From Candidatus Nitrosopumilus koreensis AR1 (GTDB taxonomy: Archaea; Thermoproteota; Nitrososphaeria; Nitrososphaerales; Nitrosopumilaceae), in NCBI RefSeq assembly GCF_000299365.1, contig NC_018655.1, forward strand, positions 1,110,001 to 1,142,000: a DNA stretch of 32,000 bases, read 5' to 3'. A program made the translations under genes and the position numbers. The notes under the pieces are model-generated. The model saw only the letters and a list, made by a program, of their open reading frames with translations. It was not told where the DNA came from and did not search any database. Shown here piece by piece: positions 5,755 through 13,066 of the stretch (its first letter is position 1; every line of letters starts with the position of its first letter).

Positions 5755-8502
5755 TTAGTTCCAAAAATTCCACCAAGAAGTAGATTTTTCAACTTTAATG
5801 ACGGTACATACACCGTCAATTAATTTAGTGCCAGAACCACAAAAACCATACTCTTTTTGAGAAGGTTTGGAATCATCATAATCAACTGCCTGTTTTATTG
5901 AAGAATATTCAGGATAGTTTTCATCAAACCATTTTTTGTAATCTGAATCAATATTGTATCTAGCCACATAATAGTATGGGTCCTTTGCTTCATCTACAAA
6001 GTCTGCAGGGATTTGTGGAGGTTTTGATATTCCAACTGCCTCATATATTGAAGAGTATTCAGGATAGTTTTCATCAAACCATTTTTTGTAGCTTGGTTCG
6101 TTGTTGTATCTGTCAACATAACTTTGTGGGTCTTTAGATTCATCAACAAATGGAGCTATTCCCAATTCTTCAGATTCTGTATTTACAGGTGTTTCTGTAG
6201 GCTCTGATTCTTTTGTGGAGTCATTTACGGTTACAACAATGGTCTGAGAATCAAACAATTCATTTTTTCTAACCTCTACGACAAAATTGTATGTCTTTCC
6301 CCCATCAGAAATAGAAGGAGTCCAAGTAAACATACCTGTGTTTGAAATAATTTTTGCTCCGGATGGGGCATTCTTTAAGCTAAACACAGGATCTTTGATG
6401 GTGTTATCAGTTAGCTTTACTGCAAAGGAAAGCAGTTGTCCTTCATTAATTGTTAGTTTGCCAATTGGTGCAATCTCTAGTCCTGTAATCTTTGCAACAG
6501 CAGATGATTCATTTGAGGGTTCACTTGTTCCCACCATGTTTATTGCAGAAACTCGATAAGTGTACTTTGCATCCTTTACAAGTCCAGAATGAAGATATGT
6601 TTTTGAAGTGTTTTTTGTATCATCTATAACTGTGCTAAAAGAATCATTGTCTTTTTTTGCCTCAATCTTGTATCCAGTAATAGGAGAGTTTCCATCATCA
6701 ACAGGAGCACTCCATGTGAGATTTATTGAAGTAGAAGTTTTTGCAGATGCAACTAGTTTTATCGGAGGGCTTGAGACACTCATATCTACTGCAGTAGATG
6801 TTATTGGCGTCTCAGAAGTGTCTTCAGAATCAGTTCGAGGGGTTGCAGACGCCGTGTTTGATTCTTCTGTTTCTCCAAAGCCTATTTTTGCAGTGACTGC
6901 ATATGTGTAAGTTTTGTCAGTTGCCAAATTTGAAACAACATAGGTCAGAGTTTGTGCATTGGTATTTCCAACAACATCATAAACTCCTGGGACAACCTCA
7001 CGTTTTATGTCATATCCACTGATTGTTTGCCCAAAAGTTTGAGAGGGAGCAATCCAAGAAAGTTTAATCTGACTAGGAGAAATAGCAGTTGCAGTCAATG
7101 CAACAGGGGTTGTAGTATGTTCTGGTTTTGTTGTGGCAACAGAGGATGCACCACTAATACCTGCTGAATTAATAGAATAGATTCGGTAACTGTATGTTTC
7201 AGATTCAGATAGTCCTTGATGGATAAAAGAAGTAACAGTACTGTCAGTGTTTGGAGTAATTGTAATATAATCATCTGAACCTGTTTTGTATTCAATCTTG
7301 TATCCAGTAATTTTTGGAATTGATTCTGCTTGTTCAGGTTCATCCCATGTAAGCAGTATAGAAGTTGGAGATATTGGAGAGGCATCAGGATTGGCGGGTT
7401 TTACAGGAGTTTGTACCGTAGGTTCAGAATTTAATTCAAATGCTTGTATTCTATTGTTGTTTGAGTCTGCAACATATAACAAATTATTTGAAGAGTCAAA
7501 TGCAATTCCTTTAGGAGTATCAAATTTACCATCTGTTGTTCCCAACGAACCAAATTCTTCAACAAAACACACACCATCTATGATTTCTTCAGTATTACTT
7601 GGACATGTTGTACCATCAACAATTTCAAAAATTTGAATTCGATTGTTTTCAGAATCTGCAACATATAACAAATTATTTGAAGAGTCAAATGCAAGATCAT
7701 ATGGATTATCAAATTCACCAGCATCATCTCCAGAAGAACCAAATTCTTTGAGATAACATATTCCATCAACGGATTTAACAGTGCCACTTGGACATGTTGT
7801 ACCATCAACAATTTCAAACATCACAATTCGATCATTTCCAGAATCTACAACAAATAAAATATTATCAGAGTTGTCAATCACCATTCCATTTGGATTTCTA
7901 AAGTCATCATTCCCGTTGAAAAAATTAAAATCAAATAGAAAATTCCCTAATGAGTTAAAAACAGAAATAGAATCATTTTCAGTGTCAGACACAAAGATAT
8001 CTCGTGAAGAGTCTTGAATCACTACACCATTTGCACTTCCAAGATAGTCATCATCTCCACTGTCAGATGAACCAAACTTGAATTGAAATTCTCCATCATC
8101 ATCAAAGACCTGTACTCTTTCATTATCAGTATCCACTACAAAAAATCGTCCTAAAGCATCAATTGCAATTGATATAGGATCATTGAATTGTCCATCACCG
8201 TCTTCATCTGCTCCATCTGCATCAGCATTACAGTTTTGAATTTGGGCAGTATTACAAAAAGAGCCATATACAAATTCAGGATTCCCATCATCATCAAAAA
8301 CACTAATTCTTTCGTTATTGTTATCTACAACATAGATGTCTCCTCCATTGACATTAACCACCACATCTGTGGGATTATCTAATTCATCACTACCAGAACC
8401 AAGTGTGCCAAATTTGAAAGAAAACTCGGCATCAGCATACACTGAGGGGATTACAATAGCAATGAAAGCCGCCAGTGCAAACAAAACAAGATTTTTTTTC
8501 AA
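5755..8502 (-). CDS. Secreted or cell-surface protein: signal peptide, NHL-repeat beta-propeller, 3 fibronectin type III domains, He_PIG/cadherin-like Ig domain, duplicated C-terminal KKWFDENYPEYSSI module
   Basis: Signal peptide is MKKNLVLFALAAFIAIVIPSVYADA. Six NHL-like blades are present (NERISVFDDDG, NERVQVFDDDG, NDSISVFNSLG, NDRIVMFE, NNRIQIFE, NNRIQAFE). Three FN3 signatures are present (ILLTWDEP...GYKIEYK, IKLSWIAP...GYDIKRE, INLTWSAP...GYKIEAKK). An Ig-like segment reads GMFTWTPS..GGKTYNFVVEV. Confidence 0.85.
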   Translation of the reverse strand: MKKNLVLFALAAFIAIVIPSVYADAEFSFKFGTLGSGSDELDNPTDVVVNVNGGDIYVVDNNNERISVFDDDGNPEFVYGSFCNTAQIQNCNADADGADEDGDGQFNDPISIAIDALGRFFVVDTDNERVQVFDDDGEFQFKFGSSDSGDDDYLGSANGVVIQDSSRDIFVSDTENDSISVFNSLGNFLFDFNFFNGNDDFRNPNGMVIDNSDNILFVVDSGNDRIVMFEIVDGTTCPSGTVKSVDGICYLKEFGSSGDDAGEFDNPYDLAFDSSNNLLYVADSENNRIQIFEIVDGTTCPSNTEEIIDGVCFVEEFGSLGTTDGKFDTPKGIAFDSSNNLLYVADSNNNRIQAFELNSEPTVQTPVKPANPDASPISPTSILLTWDEPEQAESIPKITGYKIEYKTGSDDYITITPNTDSTVTSFIHQGLSESETYSYRIYSINSAGISGASSVATTKPEHTTTPVALTATAISPSQIKLSWIAPSQTFGQTISGYDIKREVVPGVYDVVGNTNAQTLTYVVSNLATDKTYTYAVTAKIGFGETEESNTASATPRTDSEDTSETPITSTAVDMSVSSPPIKLVASAKTSTSINLTWSAPVDDGNSPITGYKIEAKKDNDSFSTVIDDTKNTSKTYLHSGLVKDAKYTYRVSAINMVGTSEPSNESSAVAKITGLEIAPIGKLTINEGQLLSFAVKLTDNTIKDPVFSLKNAPSGAKIISNTGMFTWTPSISDGGKTYNFVVEVRKNELFDSQTIVVTVNDSTKESEPTETPVNTESEELGIAPFVDESKDPQSYVDRYNNEPSYKKWFDENYPEYSSIYEAVGISKPPQIPADFVDEAKDPYYYVARYNIDSDYKKWFDENYPEYSSIKQAVDYDDSKPSQKEYGFCGSGTKLIDGVCTVIKVEKSTSWWNFWN
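5883..6100 (-). repeat. Intragenic direct repeat (160-bp period) encoding the duplicated ...Y(V/Y)xRYNx(E/D)xxYKKWFDENYPEYSSI module
   Basis: A 35-nt exact identity (5906-5940 = 6066-6100) sits within about 58-nt near-identical blocks. Confidence 0.8.
7440..7818 (-). repeat. Intragenic tandem duplication (189-bp = 63-aa unit) of one NHL blade plus its Cys-hairpin insert
   Basis: There is an exact 40-mer (7466-7505 = 7655-7694) and an exact 33-mer (7597-7629 = 7786-7818), both offset by 189 bp. The protein units are FEIVDGTTCPSGTVKSVDGICYL... and FEIVDGTTCPSNTEEIIDGVCFV.... Confidence 0.85.
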
Positions 8503-8670
8503 TTTGTAGTTAAATCATTATTATTTTTAATAAATTAGAATAAAACTTTCACCACTCTTTTGATCAATTTGGATTAACCTAAAAATGGAAAATTTCATTA
8601 AAATTTACGACTATGAACAATGGATTTACTTTGGATCATACTCAGCAACAAGCAAAGATAGATGATGTTA

Positions 8671-8746
8671 GTCGGGTCAAGAACTGACCCGACATGGAAG
8701 TGCTATGGTCGGTTATACGCACTGATGAAATGACTCCTTTCATCGG
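8671..8746. ncRNA. Candidate structured RNA or GC-elevated hairpin island in a 468-bp AT-rich intergenic region (class unknown)
   Basis: One hairpin is GTCGGGTCA-agaac-TGACCCGAC (8671-8693, 9-bp perfect stem). A second is CTGATGAAA-tgactcc-TTTCATCGG (8722-8746, 9 bp including one G-U). AGTGC (8699-8703) can pair with GCACT (8719-8723). Local G+C is clearly above the flanks. The strand is undetermined. Confidence 0.2.
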
Positions 8747-8788
8747 TATGATACAGATTAATGCAAATCTGCTTATAATGCTCACTAA

Positions 8789-8844
8789 GAAATTATTCAT
8801 ATAATTTCTCAGTATTTGCTAAATACTAATTTCATAGAATGAAA
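8789..8844. repeat. Three back-to-back perfect palindromes in the divergent promoter region
   Basis: The palindromes are GAAATTAT-tcat-ATAATTTC (8789-8808), AGTATTT-gct-AAATACT (8811-8827) and TTTCAT-aga-ATGAAA (8830-8844). Confidence 0.45.
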
Positions 8845-8970
8845 TACAGAAACTGTCACCAAACAACTAATCGTTGTTGGTCTTAAGTTTCAATTTTGAC
8901 TATTTCATCTCTGAAAAATAGGGTTAGTTTCATCCCACTACTTAAAATTAGATAAGATTTTAAAAGAAAT

Positions 8971-9102
8971 ATGAAAGCAAGATTTCCAGGAAAATGTGTA
9001 GAGTGCGGAGAAGCAATAAAAGTAGGCAAAGAGATTTTAAAAAACTCCAAAGAGCAATGGGTTCATGCAGCATGTTCTGACTTGGAAGATGAATTACCAT
9101 AG
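8971..9102 (+). CDS. Candidate 43-aa zinc-binding mini-protein (MKARFPGKCVECGEAIKVGKEILKNSKEQWVHAACSDLEDELP)
   Basis: ATG-to-TAG ORF with a CxxC...HxxC arrangement and protein-like composition. The overlapping minus-strand ORF 8960..9151 looks spurious. It is under 60 aa, so absent from the track. Confidence 0.45.
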   Translation: MKARFPGKCVECGEAIKVGKEILKNSKEQWVHAACSDLEDELP

Positions 9103-9151
9103 TACAAATTTGTGATAAATTTTTTAAGTAACTTTCAGCGAATACACACAA

Positions 9152-9571
9152 ATGAAGACAAAATCAAGTATTTTTCTAGCAGTTATTGCATCATTTGCAG
9201 TTCTGATGTTCCCATCAGAAATAATTGCAGATACTTCTGAAAGTACAACAATCACCCCAATTAATGAGGAGATAAGTCTCAAGAAGACAGTCACTACAAT
9301 GATTGTTCCTGAGGACAATACACTGCCATGGGGATTTGTTACAGGTAGCCCTTCAGAATATGTTGAAAGACATCCAATAATCATTCAGTTCTTTGATGAG
9401 GGAGATGAGATGGTACATGTTGCACAAGTAGATGTCAAAGGAGACGGCTCTTATGAATACAAGTTCAGAGTAGCCAGTATTGATGAAAATGGGGATGTGC
9501 AAAAAGCCTTTGACGGAGAATATACAGTCATTATATACAGAGTCATCCCTAACCAAGACCAACTGGTCTAA
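9152..9571 (+). CDS. Secreted hypothetical protein (139 aa)
   Basis: It has an N-terminal signal peptide (MKTKSSIFLAVIASFAVLMFPSEIIA) followed by a beta-rich body. I prefer it over antisense ORFs 9124..9384 and 9353..9562. Confidence 0.6.
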   Translation: MKTKSSIFLAVIASFAVLMFPSEIIADTSESTTITPINEEISLKKTVTTMIVPEDNTLPWGFVTGSPSEYVERHPIIIQFFDEGDEMVHVAQVDVKGDGSYEYKFRVASIDENGDVQKAFDGEYTVIIYRVIPNQDQLV

Positions 9572-9628
9572 ACTTTCTTTATTTTTACACAGAATTCATA
9601 TACTATTTATGAAAATGCAAGCTAGAAA

Positions 9629-10168
9629 ATGAGTAAAAACTTTTGGCATGACATAGAATCAGGAGCAGATATTCCTGAAATTATTAATGTAATAGTTGAG
9701 ATTCCCAAAGGTTCCATGAACAAATATGAATACGATAAAAAACACAACATGATCAAACTTGACAGAGTGTTATTTTCACCATTTCACTATCCAGGAGATT
9801 ATGGGCTAGTTCCACAAACACTTTCTGAAGATGGCGACCCACTAGATGCACTAGTACTTGTCACAAACCCAACATATCCTGGAATTTTGATTGAAGCAAG
9901 ACCAATTGGATTACTTCAAATGAAAGATGCAGGAGATCTGGATGACAAAATTATTTGTGTGTCTACGAATGATCCTAGATATTTACATACAACAGATATT
10001 TCAGATATAGAAGATCACTATCGTTCTGAGATTGCACATTTCTTTCAAGTCTACAAAGACTTGGAAGGGAAGAAAGTTGAGATCCTAGGATGGCAATCAG
10101 CAAAAGAGGCAAAAAGCATTATTGTTGAATCAATAAAAAGATACAAGAACACGTTGAAGAAATTCTAA
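9629..10168 (+). CDS. ppa: Inorganic pyrophosphatase (family I)
   Basis: Motifs EIPKGS.NKYE, YP.DYG..P.T...DGDPLDALVL and DDK. Length is 179 aa. Confidence 0.95.
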   Translation: MSKNFWHDIESGADIPEIINVIVEIPKGSMNKYEYDKKHNMIKLDRVLFSPFHYPGDYGLVPQTLSEDGDPLDALVLVTNPTYPGILIEARPIGLLQMKDAGDLDDKIICVSTNDPRYLHTTDISDIEDHYRSEIAHFFQVYKDLEGKKVEILGWQSAKEAKSIIVESIKRYKNTLKKF

Positions 10169-10169
10169 C

Positions 10170-10427
10170 ATGACAACAGAATGCAATCATTTTGTAGAAG
10201 AAAAGAAAGGAATTACACCCAATACAGTAAGTTGTGAAGAGTGTGAAAAAGAACATCTGCCAGTTGTCGCAATACGAATGTGTTTGACATGTGGTCATGT
10301 GGGATGTTGCGATTCATCTATTGGAAAACATGCAACAAAACATTTTGAAGAGACAGGACATCCAGTAATGAAAGCAATTCCAGGAGATATTTGGAAGTGG
10401 TGTTACCACCACAAGGAATACTATTGA
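10170..10427 (+). CDS. Stand-alone UBP-type zinc-finger (ZnF-UBP) protein, 85 aa
   Basis: The pattern C.EC......VAIRMCLTCGHVGCCDSS.GKHATKHFEETGHPV is the ZnF-UBP Cys/His pattern. Its ATG lies 1 nt after the ppa stop (TAAcATG). Confidence 0.75.
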   Translation: MTTECNHFVEEKKGITPNTVSCEECEKEHLPVVAIRMCLTCGHVGCCDSSIGKHATKHFEETGHPVMKAIPGDIWKWCYHHKEYY

Positions 10428-10459
10428 TTTTTTAATAGTTAGAAAATTACGGCTAGTGT

Positions 10460-12232
10460 ATGCATCAGTACCAATTAGGAACATGGGATCTTTCAGAATT
10501 AGCCAAGAACCCAAAAAGTCCAGCATTTCAAAAACAGATTCAAGAATTGGAAAATCAGGCTAAAAAATTTGAGAAAGTTAAATCAAAACTAGATCCAAAA
10601 ATGACATCCAAAAAATTCATGGAGATATTAAATCAGGTAGAAGAGATTTCAGAAAAAATGAGTAAAATTGGAGGTTATGCATCTCTTTCATATTCCTCAG
10701 ACACCCAATCAGATGAGGCAACATCATTAATGACTAGAATGTCAAAACTAGGTTCAGATATTTCAAATAAAATTTTGTTTTTTGACTTGTGGTGGAAAAC
10801 ACAAGTTGATGAAAAAAATGCAAAAAGACTCATCAAAGATGCAGGAGAACTTTCAGAATATTTAGCACATAAAAGATTGATTGCAAAATATTCACTAAGT
10901 GAACCTGAAGAGAGAATCATAAACACATTAGATGTTACAGGAATTTCTGCACTTGTAAAACTATACGATAAGATAACTAATGCATTTGAGTATCAAATGA
11001 AAATTGGAAACAAGACAAAAAAGATGACAAGAGAAGAACTAACAAATTATGTTAGAGATGTAAATGGAAAAATTCGAGAAACAGCATACAAAACAATCCT
11101 TGGAAAATACACTGAGAACAAGGGAGTCGTAGGAGAAATTTACCAAAATATTGTACTTAATTGGAAAGATGAGGGTATTGAAATTCGAGGATACAAAACA
11201 CCAATTTCAATGAGAAATATTGGGAATGATGTAGATGACAAAACCATTGAATCACTTCTCTTAGTATGTAAAAAAAATGCGCCTGTATTTCAGAAGTTTT
11301 TTGTACAAAAGGCAAAGATGTTGAAAATGAAAAAACTTAGAAGATATGATATTTACGCACCAGCTGCCGCAAACATTAAAGAAAAAAATTATTCATATAA
11401 CAAATCCGTGAAATTAGTTTTTGAATCACTTGGCAAATTTAGCAATACATTAGAGGATTTTGCCAGAAAAGTTTTCAATGAAAATCACATTGATTCATCT
11501 GTAAGACAAGGTAAGAGGGACGGAGCATTTTGCAGTACATTGACTCCTAAAATCACCCCATATGTGTTGGTGAATTTTACAGGAAAATCAAGAGACGTGT
11601 TTACATTAGCACATGAATTAGGTCATGCAGTTCATAGTCAGGCTGCTCAAGACAGATCAATTCTAGTACAAGATGCACCATTGCCATTGGCTGAAACGGC
11701 ATCCACATTTTCAGAATTACTACTCTATGACAATATTTCAGATAAAATTTCGGATGATGAAAAGAAGATAATGTTATCTGAAAAAATAGACGATTTGTAT
11801 GCAACAATCCTGAGACAGTCATTTTTTACAATTTTTGAAATAGATGCCCACAAGCAAATTGGCAATGGAACAACCATAGATGAAATTTCAAAAACGTATC
11901 TGCAAAACTTGAAACAACAGTTTGGAAAATCAGTTGATATTTCAGATGATTTTGCAATAGAATGGAGTTGTATTCCACATTTCTATCACACGCCATTTTA
12001 CTGCTATGCATATTCATTTGGAAATCTACTTGCATTGTCATTATTCCAAAGATACAAAAAAGAAGGACAAGATTTTGTTCCAGCGTATATTGATATTCTT
12101 GCTGCAGGTGGTTCAAAAAAACCGGAAAAACTTCTTTTAGAGCACGGGTTAGACATCAGATCACCCAAGTTTTGGCAAGAAGGTTTTAACTATGTCAATG
12201 AGCAAGTAAAAGTACTCTCATCATTAAATTAG
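10460..12232 (+). CDS. pepF: Oligoendopeptidase F-like metallopeptidase (family M3B)
   Basis: 590 aa with the HELGHAVH zinc motif at the expected position and a downstream E ligand region (PLAETASTFSE). The overall length and helical architecture fit the family. Confidence 0.88.
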   Translation: MHQYQLGTWDLSELAKNPKSPAFQKQIQELENQAKKFEKVKSKLDPKMTSKKFMEILNQVEEISEKMSKIGGYASLSYSSDTQSDEATSLMTRMSKLGSDISNKILFFDLWWKTQVDEKNAKRLIKDAGELSEYLAHKRLIAKYSLSEPEERIINTLDVTGISALVKLYDKITNAFEYQMKIGNKTKKMTREELTNYVRDVNGKIRETAYKTILGKYTENKGVVGEIYQNIVLNWKDEGIEIRGYKTPISMRNIGNDVDDKTIESLLLVCKKNAPVFQKFFVQKAKMLKMKKLRRYDIYAPAAANIKEKNYSYNKSVKLVFESLGKFSNTLEDFARKVFNENHIDSSVRQGKRDGAFCSTLTPKITPYVLVNFTGKSRDVFTLAHELGHAVHSQAAQDRSILVQDAPLPLAETASTFSELLLYDNISDKISDDEKKIMLSEKIDDLYATILRQSFFTIFEIDAHKQIGNGTTIDEISKTYLQNLKQQFGKSVDISDDFAIEWSCIPHFYHTPFYCYAYSFGNLLALSLFQRYKKEGQDFVPAYIDILAAGGSKKPEKLLLEHGLDIRSPKFWQEGFNYVNEQVKVLSSLN

Positions 12233-12245
12233 ATTTTTAATAAAT

Positions 12246-12316
12246 GGGGCTGACAGTCCAACGCAAGGACTGCCAGCTTTGTTCCCCGAACGGTTTGAAT
12301 TCGATGTCAAGACATC
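12246..12316. ncRNA. Candidate structured element (GC-rich) between convergent genes; class unknown
   Basis: GCTGACAGTCC (12249-12259) pairs with GGACTGCCAGC (12267-12277), 11 bp with 1 mismatch and a 7-nt loop, flanked by GGG/CCCC. It is followed by CGAA...TTCG and a GATG(TC)..(GA)CATC hairpin. G+C is clearly above the surroundings. Confidence 0.2.
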
Positions 12317-12347
12317 ATCACAAATTATCTGATTTAAACGTTTGAAA

Positions 12348-12920
12348 TCATTTTAGGTCCAGTTTTTTAGGTTTTATCTTCCTGATAGTACCACCCAGAA
12401 TACCTATTGTAAATCCAAGTTGATATAGAAAATACAATAAAACTTCAAATGTACTTGGAGTAAGATCTGTAAATCTACTAACTCCTGTCAACACCAACAA
12501 AAGTGAACTGAAAAAGAATACAAATAATTTTACAACCCCGTGCATATTTGTAAATTTTAAAATAACAAAAGTCATTACAGTTACAGAAATTGCCAATACT
12601 GTTAGAAATCCAGTATTCATCCCAAATATAAGAAATAAAGTTGAAGCAATCTCGCCTAGGCTTCCAGGAGTTAGACTAGAAAGTTCAATTTTTTCAGGAG
12701 ATGCAAAACGAGGTACACTCAGGATTGCATTTGCCAAAAATAAAATAAACAAAGAAATTGACACGGTTTTTAAATGATTTTGTAATCTAGGAAACCTAAC
12801 AAGGATTGCACGTCCCAAAATCAGTCCTTGAAATAATCCAATCCCAAATGTAACAATTACTGTAAGAATGGAAAAAATTGGATCTTGGAATATATCAACA
12901 AGAAATGGAATAAGGGCCAA
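12348..12920 (-). CDS. Polytopic membrane protein (190 aa), paralog of 26696..27382
   Basis: There are about 5-6 hydrophobic segments. It shares the motifs G(M/L)NTGFL and (L/F)LY.(L/F)YQ.G...G..G with the 228-aa ORF at 26696..27382. Confidence 0.6.
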   Translation of the reverse strand: MALIPFLVDIFQDPIFSILTVIVTFGIGLFQGLILGRAILVRFPRLQNHLKTVSISLFILFLANAILSVPRFASPEKIELSSLTPGSLGEIASTLFLIFGMNTGFLTVLAISVTVMTFVILKFTNMHGVVKLFVFFFSSLLLVLTGVSRFTDLTPSTFEVLLYFLYQLGFTIGILGGTIRKIKPKKLDLK

Positions 12921-13066
12921 TACTAGTTATGATGTCATACAAGATAGGATATTAGTTAGTAGATAACAAGTTTTCGTATTAAAATAAAAAAAATTAATCA
13001 AAAAATCATTTAGAAAATATATGCATAAGAGTAAAGTTAATAATTTCACCGCAAGAGGGACAACCA

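Noticed and set aside
5883-7818. Regularly spaced exact repeats that might suggest a CRISPR array or a satellite.
   Set aside because: There are only two copies of each repeat. They lie in-frame within a single long ORF and encode duplicated protein modules. There is no repeat-spacer architecture.
6287-8382. A series of plus-strand and alternative-frame ORFs (6287..6559, 6608..6910, 6952..7167, 7095..7385, 7286..7636, 7578..7817, 7781..8017, 8188..8382) inside the NHL/FN3 gene.
   Set aside because: They are shadow ORFs of a long repetitive gene. The minus-strand frame 5755..8502 carries recognisable NHL, FN3 and Ig signatures along its whole length.
8661-8730. A C/D-box sRNA reading of GATGATG (8661-8667), CTGA (8684-8687) and CTGATGA (8722-8728).
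   Set aside because: The box spacing does not fit the archaeal C, 12-nt guide, D', C', 12-nt guide, D layout. No terminal D box or kink-turn pairing could be drawn.
8960-9384. Minus-strand ORFs 8960..9151 and 9124..9384, and also 9353..9562.
   Set aside because: They run antisense to better candidates: the 43-aa CxxC mini-protein and the 139-aa signal-peptide protein. Their translations are Leu/Ser/Ile-rich without features.
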